From: Eledone cirrhosa
Lineage: Eukaryota
Direction of reading: 5' to 3'
Assembly (NCBI GenBank): GCA_964016885.1
Contig: OZ024746.1
Location: forward strand, 6,076,001-6,140,000
DNA length: 64,000 nucleotides
Shown here: one piece after another, positions 29,879 through 42,560 of the stretch
Numbering within the stretch: position 1 is the first letter of the stretch
Layout of the letters: each line of letters starts with the position of its first letter
Notes under the pieces: generated by a model
The model's input: the letters and a program-made list of their open reading frames with translations, nothing else
Told to the model about the DNA's origin: nothing
Databases searched by the model: none
Made by a program: the position numbers and the translations under genes

Positions 29879-30508
29879 ATACTTGGGGAGGGTCATATTT
29901 GTGTAATATTGCCAGAATTAATAACAGAACACACTCACTGTTTGGTTGGTTTTCGCTTCTCGCTGTCTTTTATATCTGTAATCTAACTTACTCGGTCCTC
30001 AATGTTGCCATTGACTGACCGACGGTCAAAAATAATACAGATACAATATAGACACAAACACATATATATATAGTTTACATAATTTACATAAATCTTTCGT
30101 TGCACATCTGCAACATCGTCAGTGGTGTTATATTTTCCTCCTGTTGTGTTGTATGTCTACGCCATTCAAGAAAAAATGGCGTAGACATACAACACAACAG
30201 GAGGAAAATATAACACCACTGACGATGTTGCAGATGTGCAACGAAAGATTTATGTAAATTATGTAAACTATATATATATGTGTTTGTGTCTATATTGTAT
30301 CTGTATTATTTTTGACCGTCGGTCAGTCAATGGCAACATTGAGGACCGAGTAAGTTAGATTACAGATATAAAAGACAGCGAGAAGCGAAAACCAACCAAA
30401 CAGTGAGTGTGTTCTGTTATTAACTCTGGCAATATTACACAAATATGACCCTCCCCAAGTATAACAATATTTGTTTCGACACACGATTTCATATAAAAAA
30501 CCTCGCTA

Positions 30509-30511
<3 letters not shown>
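29871..30511 (+). mobile_element. Fold-back insertion with 296-bp arms (29871-30166, 30175-30470) and 3' tail, in (TA)n
   Basis: Almost perfect palindrome (one mismatch seen) with an 8-nt loop; relatives at about 36335-36500 and 62055-62090. Confidence 0.95.
30214..30255 (+). ncRNA. HHR-like motif with canonical core (mirror copy on the minus strand at about 30086-30127)
   Basis: CA-CTGACGA-T-GTTGCAgatgTGCAAC-GAA-AGATTT-A-TG; stem I is weak. Confidence 0.6.
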
Positions 30512-30555
<44 letters not shown>

Positions 30556-30642
30556 AAGGAGGAGTTGTGGTAAGGAACCAGATGGACCATATAACGCACC
30601 AGAGTACTCAATACTTAGGGTAAAAGAGTATGTAATAGGAGA

Positions 30643-30754
30643 AAGTATGACCCCCGACGGCAGAGCTCAAGCTGTTTCGATGGCTATTTATGGACTAAAA
30701 TAATAGCTTTTTTAGTCTGGTAAATAATTAGCCGAACTTTTCAAGGGTACTTCC
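30643..30754 (-). ncRNA. Complete family A type I HHR, U3-A8 core, long stem II
   Basis: AAGTA-CCC-TTGAAAA-G..GGCTA..AGACTAAAA..TTTTAGTC..TAGCC..C-GAA-AC(G/A)GC(9)GCCGT-C-GGG(bulge)TACTT. Confidence 0.7.
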
Positions 30755-31225
30755 TTATATGGAAAGATTGTAGTTGTCAAGGAGATTGGTCAAAATTTGT
30801 AGCGGACACGGAAAATCTATCATGGCAGTAGGTGCGGGGTGGGATGGCTGAACTTGTCTGTAGAACGATAGGGGAGTGGGTAGAGCCGGTCAAGTGTAGA
30901 AGGTGAAATCTACACAGAGAATTCTAAGGAATGTGTATGAAAGTAGGCCAGAGGAGGTTGGCGAAAATGGTATCTTGAGAAAGTGAGGAGGGACGTTATA
31001 GAAATAGTAAATCAAATGCGATTAGGGGACAAAGAAAACATATAATAAAAAAGAATATAATAAGAAATGAGAGAAAGATGTAACAGAAAGTAAGATTGGA
31101 AAGTAGGAGTGAAATAAGGAGTCTAATACAGCTGCTATATTTCGGCCAAAACCACAGAATGAGTTGCTAGATGAGATTAATTCTAAATTTTTTAATTATT
31201 CCCATCTACCAACTCATTCTGTGGT

Positions 31226-33190
31226 TTGGGTCGAAATATTATACAAAACATTAAATTTGAAAGAAACCAATTTATCGGCCAGGGGTACCTTAAAGGACTC
31301 AAGAATAAAATAGACTATCTAGAAAAAACAAAGAAGATCCTGGTAAAATCTGACAAAACAAATAATTTATATGGTATGGAAAAGGACGAATATCATAACC
31401 TTATATTAAAAGAACTCAGGAAAAACTACAAAATGACATCAAATGAAGATTTGGGAAGCTTCGGAAATTATTTATAAATTAAGCATTCAAAATAGGACTG
31501 AACCTTTTATACCTAGAAAACCGAAGATTAACTTGAAGGACCACAATAGAAATTTTGAAATTGGACTACAAGTCAGACTCATCGCAACATCTAAATCTGA
31601 CTTAGGCATAATTAGAAAGCATATACTAGATATAATTATACCACTACTTAAAGAAAAATCAAACCTTAATCTATGGAACGGTACTAATGAAGTTATAGAT
31701 TGGTTTAATAACATAAAATTAAAACATAAGAAAAAATTCATTCAAATAGATATTGCAAATTACTACTCCTCTATTACCCCTAGCTTACTTAATAAGGCAC
31801 TTATCTACGCTTCTAAACATACTGACCTATCTAGTGAAGAAATGAATATAATTCTAACAGCACCTAAAACCCTAATAGAATTTAATAATCATCTTTGGAC
31901 AAGAGCCGACAGAAAAACAATTTTGATATCACTATGGGATCATCTGACTCGGCACAAGTAACGAACCTCGTTGGATTATTTATTAATAATGTACTGCATA
32001 GGAAAATACCAGAGATGACCGCATGTTTATATCGCGAAGATATGTTACTTTTAATTGAAAACCATAGCAATAGTGAAATTAATAGGAAAAGGAAATCCAT
32101 AATTAAATTTTTCAACAACTACAACCTTAATTTAGAAATCGAGAATAATTACAAAATCGTTAACTTCTTAGATGTAATCTTAAACCTTAGCACAGGTCCA
32201 TTCCATAAAATTAATGAAAATCTAAATTACTTAAATTTCAATTCTAATCATCCTAGACATATAAAAAAAAACACTATTGTCAATAGCGTCCAGCAACGGA
32301 TTTCACGCATCTCTGCTAATAAAAATATTTTTGATGATAAGGCAGAATATTACAATGAGGCTTTACATAGAGCAGGATACTCGAATAAAATTAAATACAT
32401 AGATAACAATAACATGACAAATCATCCTAGAATTCATTATAATAACAATAAACAATTCAACTTAAATAGTAAACCAAACAAAAAACTAGAACTAGAAATA
32501 TTATTTGGTACTCTCCCCCCATTCTCATTAAGCGTTAAAACACCTTTAGCAAAGCTATTTTTTAAAGCACTAGATAAGTGTTTTCCTAAAGCCCACAGAT
32601 ACCACTCTATTTTTAACAGACACACTATAAAACTATCCTACTCTACTACCATGAACATACCACAAAATATAAATAGAATTAATAATAGAAATTTAAATTT
32701 AAACCAAACAAACCAAGATAGCAATAATAATATTTAAAACAACAATATCCATAACAATAGTATCGTTCCTAATAACAACTCCAGAAAATGTAACTGTAGA
32801 ATTAAATCAAACTGCCATTTACAAAATAATTGCTTAGACAAAAATGTAATTTATAAATGCAGAGTTAAAACTAGAGACAAAATATTTAACTATATTGGTG
32901 CCACTTCTACAAGATTCATAAACATACATTTAATAGATCCGATAAAAAATCTTCCACTTCACTTTCACATTTAATTTGGAATTTAAAAGCCAACAATATA
33001 GACTATTCAATATCTTGGGAAACGATTTAGAAACCACTTGCATACCGAAATATGGCTTTCTCAAGATTCTGTAACTTGTGTATCGTGGAAATATTTTATA
33101 TAATTAACTGTCAAAACTCTATTAATCTTAAAACAAAATTATTTTCTAGTTGCAGATAGCGCCAAAATTCCACTTTCAGAAGTATTTTTA
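31226..33190 (+). pseudogene. PLE reverse transcriptase plus GIY-YIG endonuclease, frameshifted
   Basis: Motifs KSDKTNNLY, NLKDH, RLI..SKSDLG, FIQIDIANYYSSI, FDITMGSSDSAQV..LVGL, LYREDM, VNFLDVILNL, SNHP, FNRHTIKLSYS, CNCRIKSNC, VIYKC..YIGAT and CNLC..E. Confidence 0.92.
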
Positions 33191-34185
33191 ATTTATGATA
33201 TTCATTACACTTGACTATATCTTATACACCTTTAAAATGATCCTATTATTTACTGAGTACTTTCTTTAAAAATTTAAATTGTTTTAAATGATCTTCCTTC
33301 TTAATTTTAATATTTTAATATTTCTACCATTTGACATTATTTTCTTAATGATACTCCCCTAAATCTATTTTTTTAGGTGTAGATTGATAATCTTTAATTG
33401 ACATTCTGAAAGTTATCCTCTTTACGATAGTTCTTCGAAATGCATGTATATTGATGCTTTTATTGCAGACAATTTCATTTCAATTGGAGGGCATGTTCTT
33501 CTCTAATTCAATGAAGTTTTCTGTTTTATTGTTTCAAGATGGTGTTTCAGCTAAAGGAAATGCAATTCCTACACATGATCCAGTGTTATTTATTGAATAC
33601 TATAAAATGTGAATCATTTATAAACTCTTATTTCTGGAACAATAAAAATTCTTGCTTTAAATCTTATGCAATTTACTGCTTAAGTAGCTAAGGCACGGAG
33701 TGTTTTTGTTCACTGTCTTTAGTTTCAGCTTTTCTGCTGAACGGGGTTGTTTCAATAGCATCTAACAGGACAATGACATTAATATTGTTATTATTTATGT
33801 ATGTAAACCAATAGGTGGAGGATTAGCAGAGTGATTAGAACGTCAGACAAATGCTTAGCAATTTTTATTTCGGCTCTTTACTTTCTGAGTTCATATTTCG
33901 GCAATCGATGAAATGAAAATACTAGTAGTTTACTAGAGTCGATACATCAACTTTCCATCCTCACCACAAATTGCTAGTATGATGCCAAAATTAGAAGCCA
34001 TTATTTTTGTATCAATATAGCTGATCATTAACTAATTAGCGTTGATAGGATTAAACTGATGCCATTTTAATAATCAATGATACACATAGACTTAAATATA
34101 AGTTTATATTCTAAGAAATAAATATTGCAGTGTGTTACTGGGTTACCTACTTTCAATGCATGAATGAATACATCCGTTTATAAAA

Positions 34186-34580
34186 AGGAAATGCTGTATC
34201 ATTAAAACTGAATGGAAAAAACTGATAGTATATATTTGGAATGAAAATATATCGAAGAATACGTCTAACATCTTAGCCACCAAAATCTATGTTAGTATAA
34301 TCAATAAATGAAAGGTTATAAACAACTTAGTATTACAGTAAGTATATCACATTTGAATGGAGTATGTTTTAGTATAAAACACAATGTCATAATAGATTCG
34401 ATCTAGAAATTAACTCAAATATTACAGTAAATAAAATTTTTTTTTCTGTTTTAAACACTGGGCCAACAATCTGGTGGGGAGGGGCAAGTCGATTAAATTA
34501 ACCCAGTGCATTACTGGTACTTTATTTCATCGACCTCGTAAGGATGAAAGGAAAAGCTAACCTACGCAGGATTTGAACAC
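34186..34580 (+). repeat. SINE plus about 250 bp of flank, duplicated at about 49097-49500
   Basis: AGGAAATGCTGTATCATTAAAACT...ATTACAGTAAATAAA followed by a minus-strand SINE at both sites. Confidence 0.85.
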
Positions 34581-35790
34581 AGAACGTAAAGGGATGTAAC
34601 TATATTCCGGAAAGCATGTTGTCCGACGCTCTACCGTTACTGCCAAACCACCATCCTGCAAATTCGCAGTAATAATGATTTATGATTTAGGCACAAGGCC
34701 AACCATTTAGCGGTGGGGAAGTCGATTAAATCGACCCCAGTGCGATACTTGTACTTTACTTTATCGACCCTGTAAGGATGAAAGGAAAAGCTAACCTTGG
34801 TGGGATTCCAACTCGGACACAACATCCATTATCACAGAATATATTAACTCACAAAAGCAAAAATAATGGTTCCAATAATTATTTAAAGTGATTTTTCCAC
34901 AAATTTATTCCATTTCTGAAAACAAACCCAAAGATAATTTTGTACATCACCCAAGATTTTAGTCTCAATCTTTGTACATTGAACTCTCATGATTTCTTCA
35001 ATACTTCCCGGACGAGCTGTATTAAGACAACAGAGTTAAGATATCATGACTAAATGTTATTTTACTGTGCACGACTTTTGCGCCACTCTTTATATTATTT
35101 TACTCACAATACATCCAGATGAATAAAGATAAATATGATTATTTAATAACATATATACATTTAAATTTTATGGTATTTACATTTTTGCGTGAGCCTAATT
35201 ACACTACTAATTCCATGTTAAAATAATTCATTTACCAGCTACTTGTATATAGTTTATTTTCTTCCAACCAAAACCTAAAGACTACTAAACCGTAAAGGTT
35301 AATATAATTATTTAAAAAAGTGTGAATATTGAAAATTTTTAAATATTTATCCTATTGCACGAGATTAAATATATTATTAATTATATACTGAAATAATGTA
35401 TTTATTAGTTATTTAGACATTTCAATTTGGTATATATCAATTGTATAACAATATACCATGTCTTTGACTTATTTATATTTCTACTATAGGATTTTGAAAT
35501 ATAAAATTGAATTTAGAATGTATTTATATAAGATTAATTACCACGTAATAAGTTTTATAATTTGAGGTGTTAGTTAGTTCTATCTGTTACTTATATCATG
35601 GCCATAGGGTCATATTAATGTGAAATGCTATTTGATTTGTAACATCCTAAAAAAACTTAATGTATTGTCTGAATAGTGCTATGTACTTGTGGATGATGAT
35701 GAATGCATTTGTATTTCTTGGGTTGTGTATTGTGAACATAGGGTCAAATATTGGATTTTATTTCTGTTCCGTTGATGATGGCTACAGTGC

Positions 35791-35822
<32 letters not shown>

Positions 35823-36194
35823 GTATACATATATATATGTTTATATATACACACATATATACACACCTATATATATACACATATATATATGTTTATATAT
35901 GTATATATATATATATATATATATACATTGACATATGTATGTGTGTGTGGATGTGTGCGTGAATGGATAAAAAGTAAAAAGTAAACAGAAATAAGAAAGC
36001 AACCGACACAGTACATTGAAGAAATATATTAGTTTAACGCTTGAAATGACAGGAAAAGAGTTTTAATGTTTCGGACACTAGTACAGCATCATAAGATAGA
36101 TTTAGAAATAAAAGATGAAATAGAAAGATAAAGAGTGAGAATAGGAAGAAACGGGAAAAATGAGATTGCGTATTTAGCAGATATATACAGTCAT

Positions 36195-36301
<107 letters not shown>

Positions 36302-36554
36302 GAACTTTGATAGACTATATATATATATATATTTATATCTGTATTTTTAACCGTTAGTCAGTCAATGATAAATATTGCTTGCCAAAATAAATTAACTATG
36401 GATATATAAAAGATACAGAAGCTATAACCAACCAAACAGTGAGTGTGTTCTGTTATTATTTCTGGCAATATTATAACAATATGCCCCTCCCCAAGTATAT
36501 ATATATATATATATAAGAGAGTATTGAAGTTTGCTTGAAGCATTGTGGAATAAT

Positions 36555-37030
36555 AAGGTATATTTCTTTAGGCCGTTTTGGAAGCCTCAACAATGCAGAT
36601 GTGTAGCGTGTAGAAGAATGTAGGAAAGAGCGTAAAGGATAAAAATAATAACACGAGATAGAGTTACCTTGGGAGAGATTTAATTGTCCCTATATATTTC
36701 GGATTCACATCCATCAACTGGGGGGGGGGTCAAAACAACGAACAGCGGAGGACACGTTTGGCACCTTTCCGAAAGACAACCCCCCCCCCCCCCCAGTTGA
36801 TTGATGTGAATCCGAAATATATAGGGACAATTAAATCTCGCCCAAGGTAACTCTATCTCGTGTTATTATTTTTATCCTTTACGCTCTTTCCTACATTCTT
36901 CTACACGCTACACATCTCAACCTACATTCACTTACATCTCTCTCTCCACCACCAGATCTTGTTACCCGCAGATTTACCCATCTGCATTGTTGAGGCTTCC
37001 AAAACGACCTAAAGAAATATACCTTATATA
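36555..37030. mobile_element. Fold-back insertion with HHR-like motif (core CAGTTGA) in both arms
   Basis: CCC-CAGTTGA-T-GGATgtgaATCC-GAA-ATATAT-A-GGG on the minus strand at 36688-36723; the copy at 36791-36826(+) has one stem II mismatch; the turnaround is at the G/C runs. Confidence 0.8.
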
Positions 37031-37259
37031 TATATATATACACACATCCACATCTATATTTAAGTATTAATGTATAGCCGTGTTTTTCTAAGTAGAGATA
37101 TCTGTACACCATTTCCATCGCCTGCATACATAGGAATTATTATTAATAAACACCACCATTTTCTGCCAAATCAGGCAGATTTATTAATAAAGTTTAGATA
37201 AAAAAATAAAAAAAGAACAATGAAAACCAAAACTCAAGTGTTTTTATTTAAAATTCATA

Positions 37260-37459
37260 NNNNNNNNNNNNNNNNNNNNNNNNNNNNNNNNNNNNNNNNN
37301 NNNNNNNNNNNNNNNNNNNNNNNNNNNNNNNNNNNNNNNNNNNNNNNNNNNNNNNNNNNNNNNNNNNNNNNNNNNNNNNNNNNNNNNNNNNNNNNNNNNN
37401 NNNNNNNNNNNNNNNNNNNNNNNNNNNNNNNNNNNNNNNNNNNNNNNNNNNNNNNNNNN
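37260..37459. other. Assembly gap (200 N)
   Basis: Run of N. Confidence 1.
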
Positions 37460-37782
37460 AAGGCGGCTCTTTTATATTAGTTGTAGGAGTTGTAAAAGGG
37501 ATGTGTTATAGGGAATTAAGAGAATTTGAAAAGGGCCTAAAAGTTAGGGATTGAAGGTTAAAAATTAAAGAATTTATAAGTTACGCATTAACAGTAAAAG
37601 ACTTGGGATCTCTTAAGAGCACTTTAAAAAAATCCCTCAATAAGCGCATAAAGCTTATAATAAACCAGAAGAGATTAAGAGAGTAAAAAAAAAATAATAA
37701 AAAGTTTCCTAAAAAATTCCTTCAAAAGAAAAAATAATGTTTCTAAGAAATTCCCTATAATATATATATATATATATATATA

Positions 37783-37976
37783 TAGTAAAAAGTATGACCC
37801 CGACGGCAGAGCTCAAGCCGTTTCGACGGCTATTTCTGCAGTCCAGAATTAGCCGTCGGAACGGCTTGAGCTCTGCCGTCGGAGTCATACTTTTTTCTAT
37901 TTCCCACTCTACTACCCTAAGTATTGAGTACTCTGGTGCGTTATGGTCCATCTGGTTCCTTACCACAATTCCTTTG

Positions 37977-37980
<4 letters not shown>
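37783..37980 (+). mobile_element. Family A pLTR fold-back insertion in (TA)n
   Basis: Centre TTTCTGcagtcCAGAAT. Confidence 0.85.
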
Positions 37981-38024
<44 letters not shown>

Positions 38025-38066
38025 AAAGGCTTTTTGCTTTTTGCTACAATCTTTTCTATACCTTTC

Positions 38067-38139
<73 letters not shown>

Positions 38140-38140
<1 letters not shown>

Positions 38141-38853
38141 GAACACACAGATACATGCGGACACACACATATATACATGAATGCATCCGCACCCAACTGT
38201 GAGTTAAGGGTGCCAACTTCACCCATGTTGCTCAATGAATGACTGGGGACAGACCAATTCAGTTTGAACTAGACTGAACCAGTATCAGAGTTAAAAATAC
38301 ATTATGAAGAGAGAAGAAACATTTAGATATAATTAGTAATAAAATGTATCATACCTAAACTGTTCCTAAATTCCTCGACTACGTAGTTTCGTGGCATAAA
38401 CAAAAACAATATATCAAAGATATAGAGTCCTTGCGAGGTCTGCCGACTTATCAAGAGGATACCTCATTTTACTGGTCTCAAGAACGCGTCTACACGACGT
38501 GAGAAAGAATCCCAAAAGGCGGAGGGGGAGATAGTCACGCGATATAACGGTCGAGAAACAGAGCTAAGCCTCTTCGTGGTTATAAGAGGCTTAGCTCTGT
38601 TTCTCGACCGTTATATCGCGTGACTATCTCCCCCTCCGCCTTTTGGGATTCTTTCTCACGTCGTGTAGACGCGTTCTTGAGACCAGTAAAATGAGGTATC
38701 CTCTTGATAAGTCGGCAGACCTCGCAAGGACTCTATATCTTTGATATATTGTTTTTGTTTATGCCACGAAACTACGTAGTCGAGGAATTTAGGAACAGTT
38801 TAGGTATGATACATTTTATTACTAATTATATCTAAATGTTTCTTCTCTTCATA

Positions 38854-38859
<6 letters not shown>
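38140..38859 (-). mobile_element. Fold-back insertion with about 277-bp arms (38297-38574, 38584-38859) plus tail, in (TA)n
   Basis: Near-perfect palindrome with a 9-nt loop and one 2-nt indel. Confidence 0.95.
38699..38786 (+). ncRNA. Type I HHR, U3-A8 core (mirror copy on the minus strand at about 38372-38459)
   Basis: TCCTC-TTGATAA-GTcGGCA...TGCCAC-GAA-ACTACGTAGT-C-GAGGA; GUC triplet and palindromic stem III. Confidence 0.82.
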
Positions 38860-38936
<77 letters not shown>

Positions 38937-38947
38937 TATATATATAT

Positions 38948-38978
<31 letters not shown>

Positions 38979-39024
38979 AGTATATACTTATATATATACA
39001 ATATACATACATAAGTACACATAT

Positions 39025-39108
<84 letters not shown>

Positions 39109-39634
39109 TTTTTATACATATTTACCTCGACTGCGATTGTCTGTTTTTTTTCTTTCTGCTTCCCCGTTCTCTCTGTTTCTCTCACTTTCTTTCGCCCCCT
39201 CTGTCAGTTACACTTTCTCTCGACTGACTTCTTCCTCGCACTTCCACTCACTCACTCTCTGTTTCTCCCCTTCTCACTTCCTCCCGTTCGTTAGTAGTGG
39301 GATTCTTTCTTTCTCACATCTCATTTACGTCGGACGGTCTGTTTTCTGACCGCTCATGAAATTCACCCAGCTTATGCTGACCCGGATAACCATCATGCTG
39401 CTTGATTTTTTTCCTACCTTCGATTTGCTTTTCCTTCTATGTTGTTTACTTGTCTCACTCGCTTTACGCGATTCACTTGTCCCAATAGCTTATTTTAGTT
39501 ATTGCTCGCACCAACCTGAGGTATATGATTTTTAATGAGATGAAATACCAATGATGGTTGGCAAATCACTGATGAGGGACTAATTTTATAATATCTAACC
39601 CGTGTGCAACCACGCAGTATTCCTCTTTCTTCCC

Positions 39635-39686
<52 letters not shown>

Positions 39687-39858
39687 TTTTGAGTTTATGT
39701 TGGTTGTATACCAACACCTCAGTATACCAACACACCAGTTCCCCAGTGAATTAACAACCCAGCAAGGAACTGGGCATATCAGAGTATTGACAATATCATA
39801 CACCTAAACAATATATGTACTTGTCTATACCATACTAATTCAAACTGCCTGAAGAGGT

Positions 39859-39966
<108 letters not shown>

Positions 39967-40082
39967 CTTTATTTCACGTTGCTCCTTCTACCTGTAGTTG
40001 CGACCGATAGATAGTATTAGCAATAGGAAAGACCAACGGAAACATTGTTCCCTCGGTCCGATTTGACGAAAGTCGATCGTTC

Positions 40083-40127
<45 letters not shown>

Positions 40128-40690
40128 TAGAAAAAAAACATAGAAAAAAAGGTATGGAAACATATTTGGGAAGTAAGCGAGCAACGAATAAAAGATGATT
40201 AAGTAGAAATGCAAGGAGGCAGTAAATGAAGGAATATTAATGATGGAGTTGACTTGGCAGTAGTTGAAATAGGTTTAGGGTTCGTGAGAGATATTTGTAG
40301 GAGGAGTGCAGGTCATTAAAGATTTTGATAAGAGGAGAGAGTCACAGCGGGACAGCGAGAGAGGGGGAATATCGGAGAGAGAGGAGAGAGAGAGAGAGAG
40401 AGAGAGGATGGAAAGGTTGGAAAATAACAGTTCAATACAGATATGATCAGAAGAGTAAGAGTGAGAGAGAGAGAGAGGGAGAGAGAGATAGAGAGAGAGA
40501 GAGAGAACAGTAGGTAGAGAGAGAGAGATATGTAGGAGTTGGAAAACTAGAAAATTCACCGAACTAACAAGAATCGTACGCATTACTTCAGAACTCTCCA
40601 CACACTGATTTAGAAACATGTTGCAAACTTGAGATAGTAAATCGATTTAGGTTTTTAAGTGGACACTCAAACGCACATACACACACGCAC

Positions 40691-40767
<77 letters not shown>

Positions 40768-40770
<3 letters not shown>

Positions 40771-40962
40771 GGAAAAAGTATGACCCCGACGGCAGAGCTC
40801 AAGCCGTTTCGACGGCTATTTCTGGATGGACATAGCCGTCGAAACGGCTTGAGCTCTGCCGTCGGGGTCATACTTTTTCCTATTTCCCACTCTAGTACCC
40901 TAAGTATTGAGTACTCTGGTGCGTTATGGTCCATCTGGTTCCTTACCACAATTCCTTTGTTA
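40768..40962 (+). mobile_element. Family A pLTR fold-back insertion in (TA)n
   Basis: Centre GGCTATttctggatggacATAGCC. Confidence 0.85.
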
Positions 40963-40990
40963 TATATATATATATGTACAACCCACACAC

Positions 40991-41021
<31 letters not shown>

Positions 41022-41063
41022 CGTGTGTGTGGGTGTACATATATATATACATACACTCACATT

Positions 41064-41113
<50 letters not shown>

Positions 41114-41152
41114 AATGTGTGTGTTTTGTGGGTGTGTTGTGTGTGTGTGCGC

Positions 41153-41299
<147 letters not shown>

Positions 41300-42122
41300 A
41301 GTTCCAGTTGATTGTTTCCTTTCAAATGTCTCCAAGATTAGCCACATCTATCTTCTTGGGGAATCCAAAAGTTAATGCTGTCATTTACATACCCAAATTC
41401 ATAACCACTATTTACGATTTTCAAAATGGCCGCCGTAACGCATAACATACATATATGTATACATATTTATGTGTATATTCATATATATATGTTCATAATG
41501 TAATAGATGGATAAAGAGTTAGATGGACAGATAGATAGATAAACGTGCGTATAGGTAGATAAATAGACAGATAGGAAAATCGATAGGTAGACAAATAAGT
41601 GGATATGTAGATGGATAGATAAATAGATAGACAGATACCAAATAAAATATACAGACGGAGATAGCTCTATATATAATCGTTATAACACTCTTGATCATCT
41701 AGACCAAAGGTTCTGAACGGGGGGCATATGCAACCCCCCCCCCTCTGTTTCGGATCTCCAGGTGGGTGTTATCGACCAAGGGGGCGTTAGGGGGGCGTTT
41801 GAAGCTTTAGGAGTCCCTAGACGGGCGCTAGAAGCCTTTGGTTTGGTAAGTTTTAAAAGTCATATTTGTACGGATCTTAGACAGCCAGTATGAATGCATT
41901 TGAATGAAGAAAACGAAGGAAATAAATAGAAGAAGCTTGTCAACGAATTCCCTAGGGAGATAACAGAAAAATAAAAGAAATCAAAGAAATTGAACATAAG
42001 GACGTCAACTTTGACAACAGTTACAAGAACAACTTCAACAGCAATGACAACAAAAAGAAGCAATGGTGATGAAAGGTATCGGTGTATACATATATACATA
42101 CAAAGATACACACATATACATA

Positions 42123-42420
42123 CAGGCAGTCCGAATTGGTGTGGAAAGTACAGGTACACGTGTTGTTGAAGTGTGTTTCACTCTCTCAATACCTCGATAT
42201 GTCCAGTTCCTGGGTCTGTTGTTAATCCTCCGAGGAACTGGAATCATGGTTCCAGTTCCGCGGAGGACTAACAACAGACCCAGGAGCTGGACATATCGAT
42301 GTATTGAAAGAGTGAAACGCACTTCCCACAACACGTGTACCTGTATTTTCCACACCAATTCGGACTGCCTGAACAGGTCACGGCCAATCATAGCTGTCAC
42401 CGAAATATATATAGCTGTAA
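42123..42420 (+). mobile_element. Fold-back (about 123-bp arms) ending at an HHR-like motif at 42364-42418
   Basis: ACTGC-CTGAACA-GGTcACGGC(8)GCTGTcACC-GAA-ATATATAT-A-GCTGT; the relative at 39740-39862 has the canonical core CTGAAGA. Confidence 0.75.
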
Positions 42421-42479
42421 ATTTATAATTTATTATAAACGAAGCCAAATTTTACATATTTGACTTACTTATTTTATTT

Positions 42480-42559
<80 letters not shown>

Positions 42560-42560
<1 letters not shown>

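Larger units (their letters stand above)
30555..33200 (+). mobile_element. PLE remnant preceded by an inverted family A pLTR/3' UTR (30555-31180) and a junction hairpin (31138-31239)
   Basis: Order is (TA)n, minus-oriented pLTR, imperfect hairpin TTTCGGCCAAAACCACAGAATGAGTTG / CAACTCATTCTGTGGTTTGGGTCGAAA, then the RT reading frame. Confidence 0.8.

Noticed and set aside
33420-33580. Expected HHR downstream of the 31226 PLE
   Set aside because: Only degenerate partial matches were seen, so it cannot be supported
41700-41845. Possible hAT MITE with ends CAAAGGTTCT / AGAAGCCTTTG
   Set aside because: The TIRs are weak and there is no matching 8-bp TSD
42035-42448. Overlapping antisense ORFs with similar peptides
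   Set aside because: This follows from the palindrome; the same applies to the family A ORFs ([12 protein letters not shown]...)
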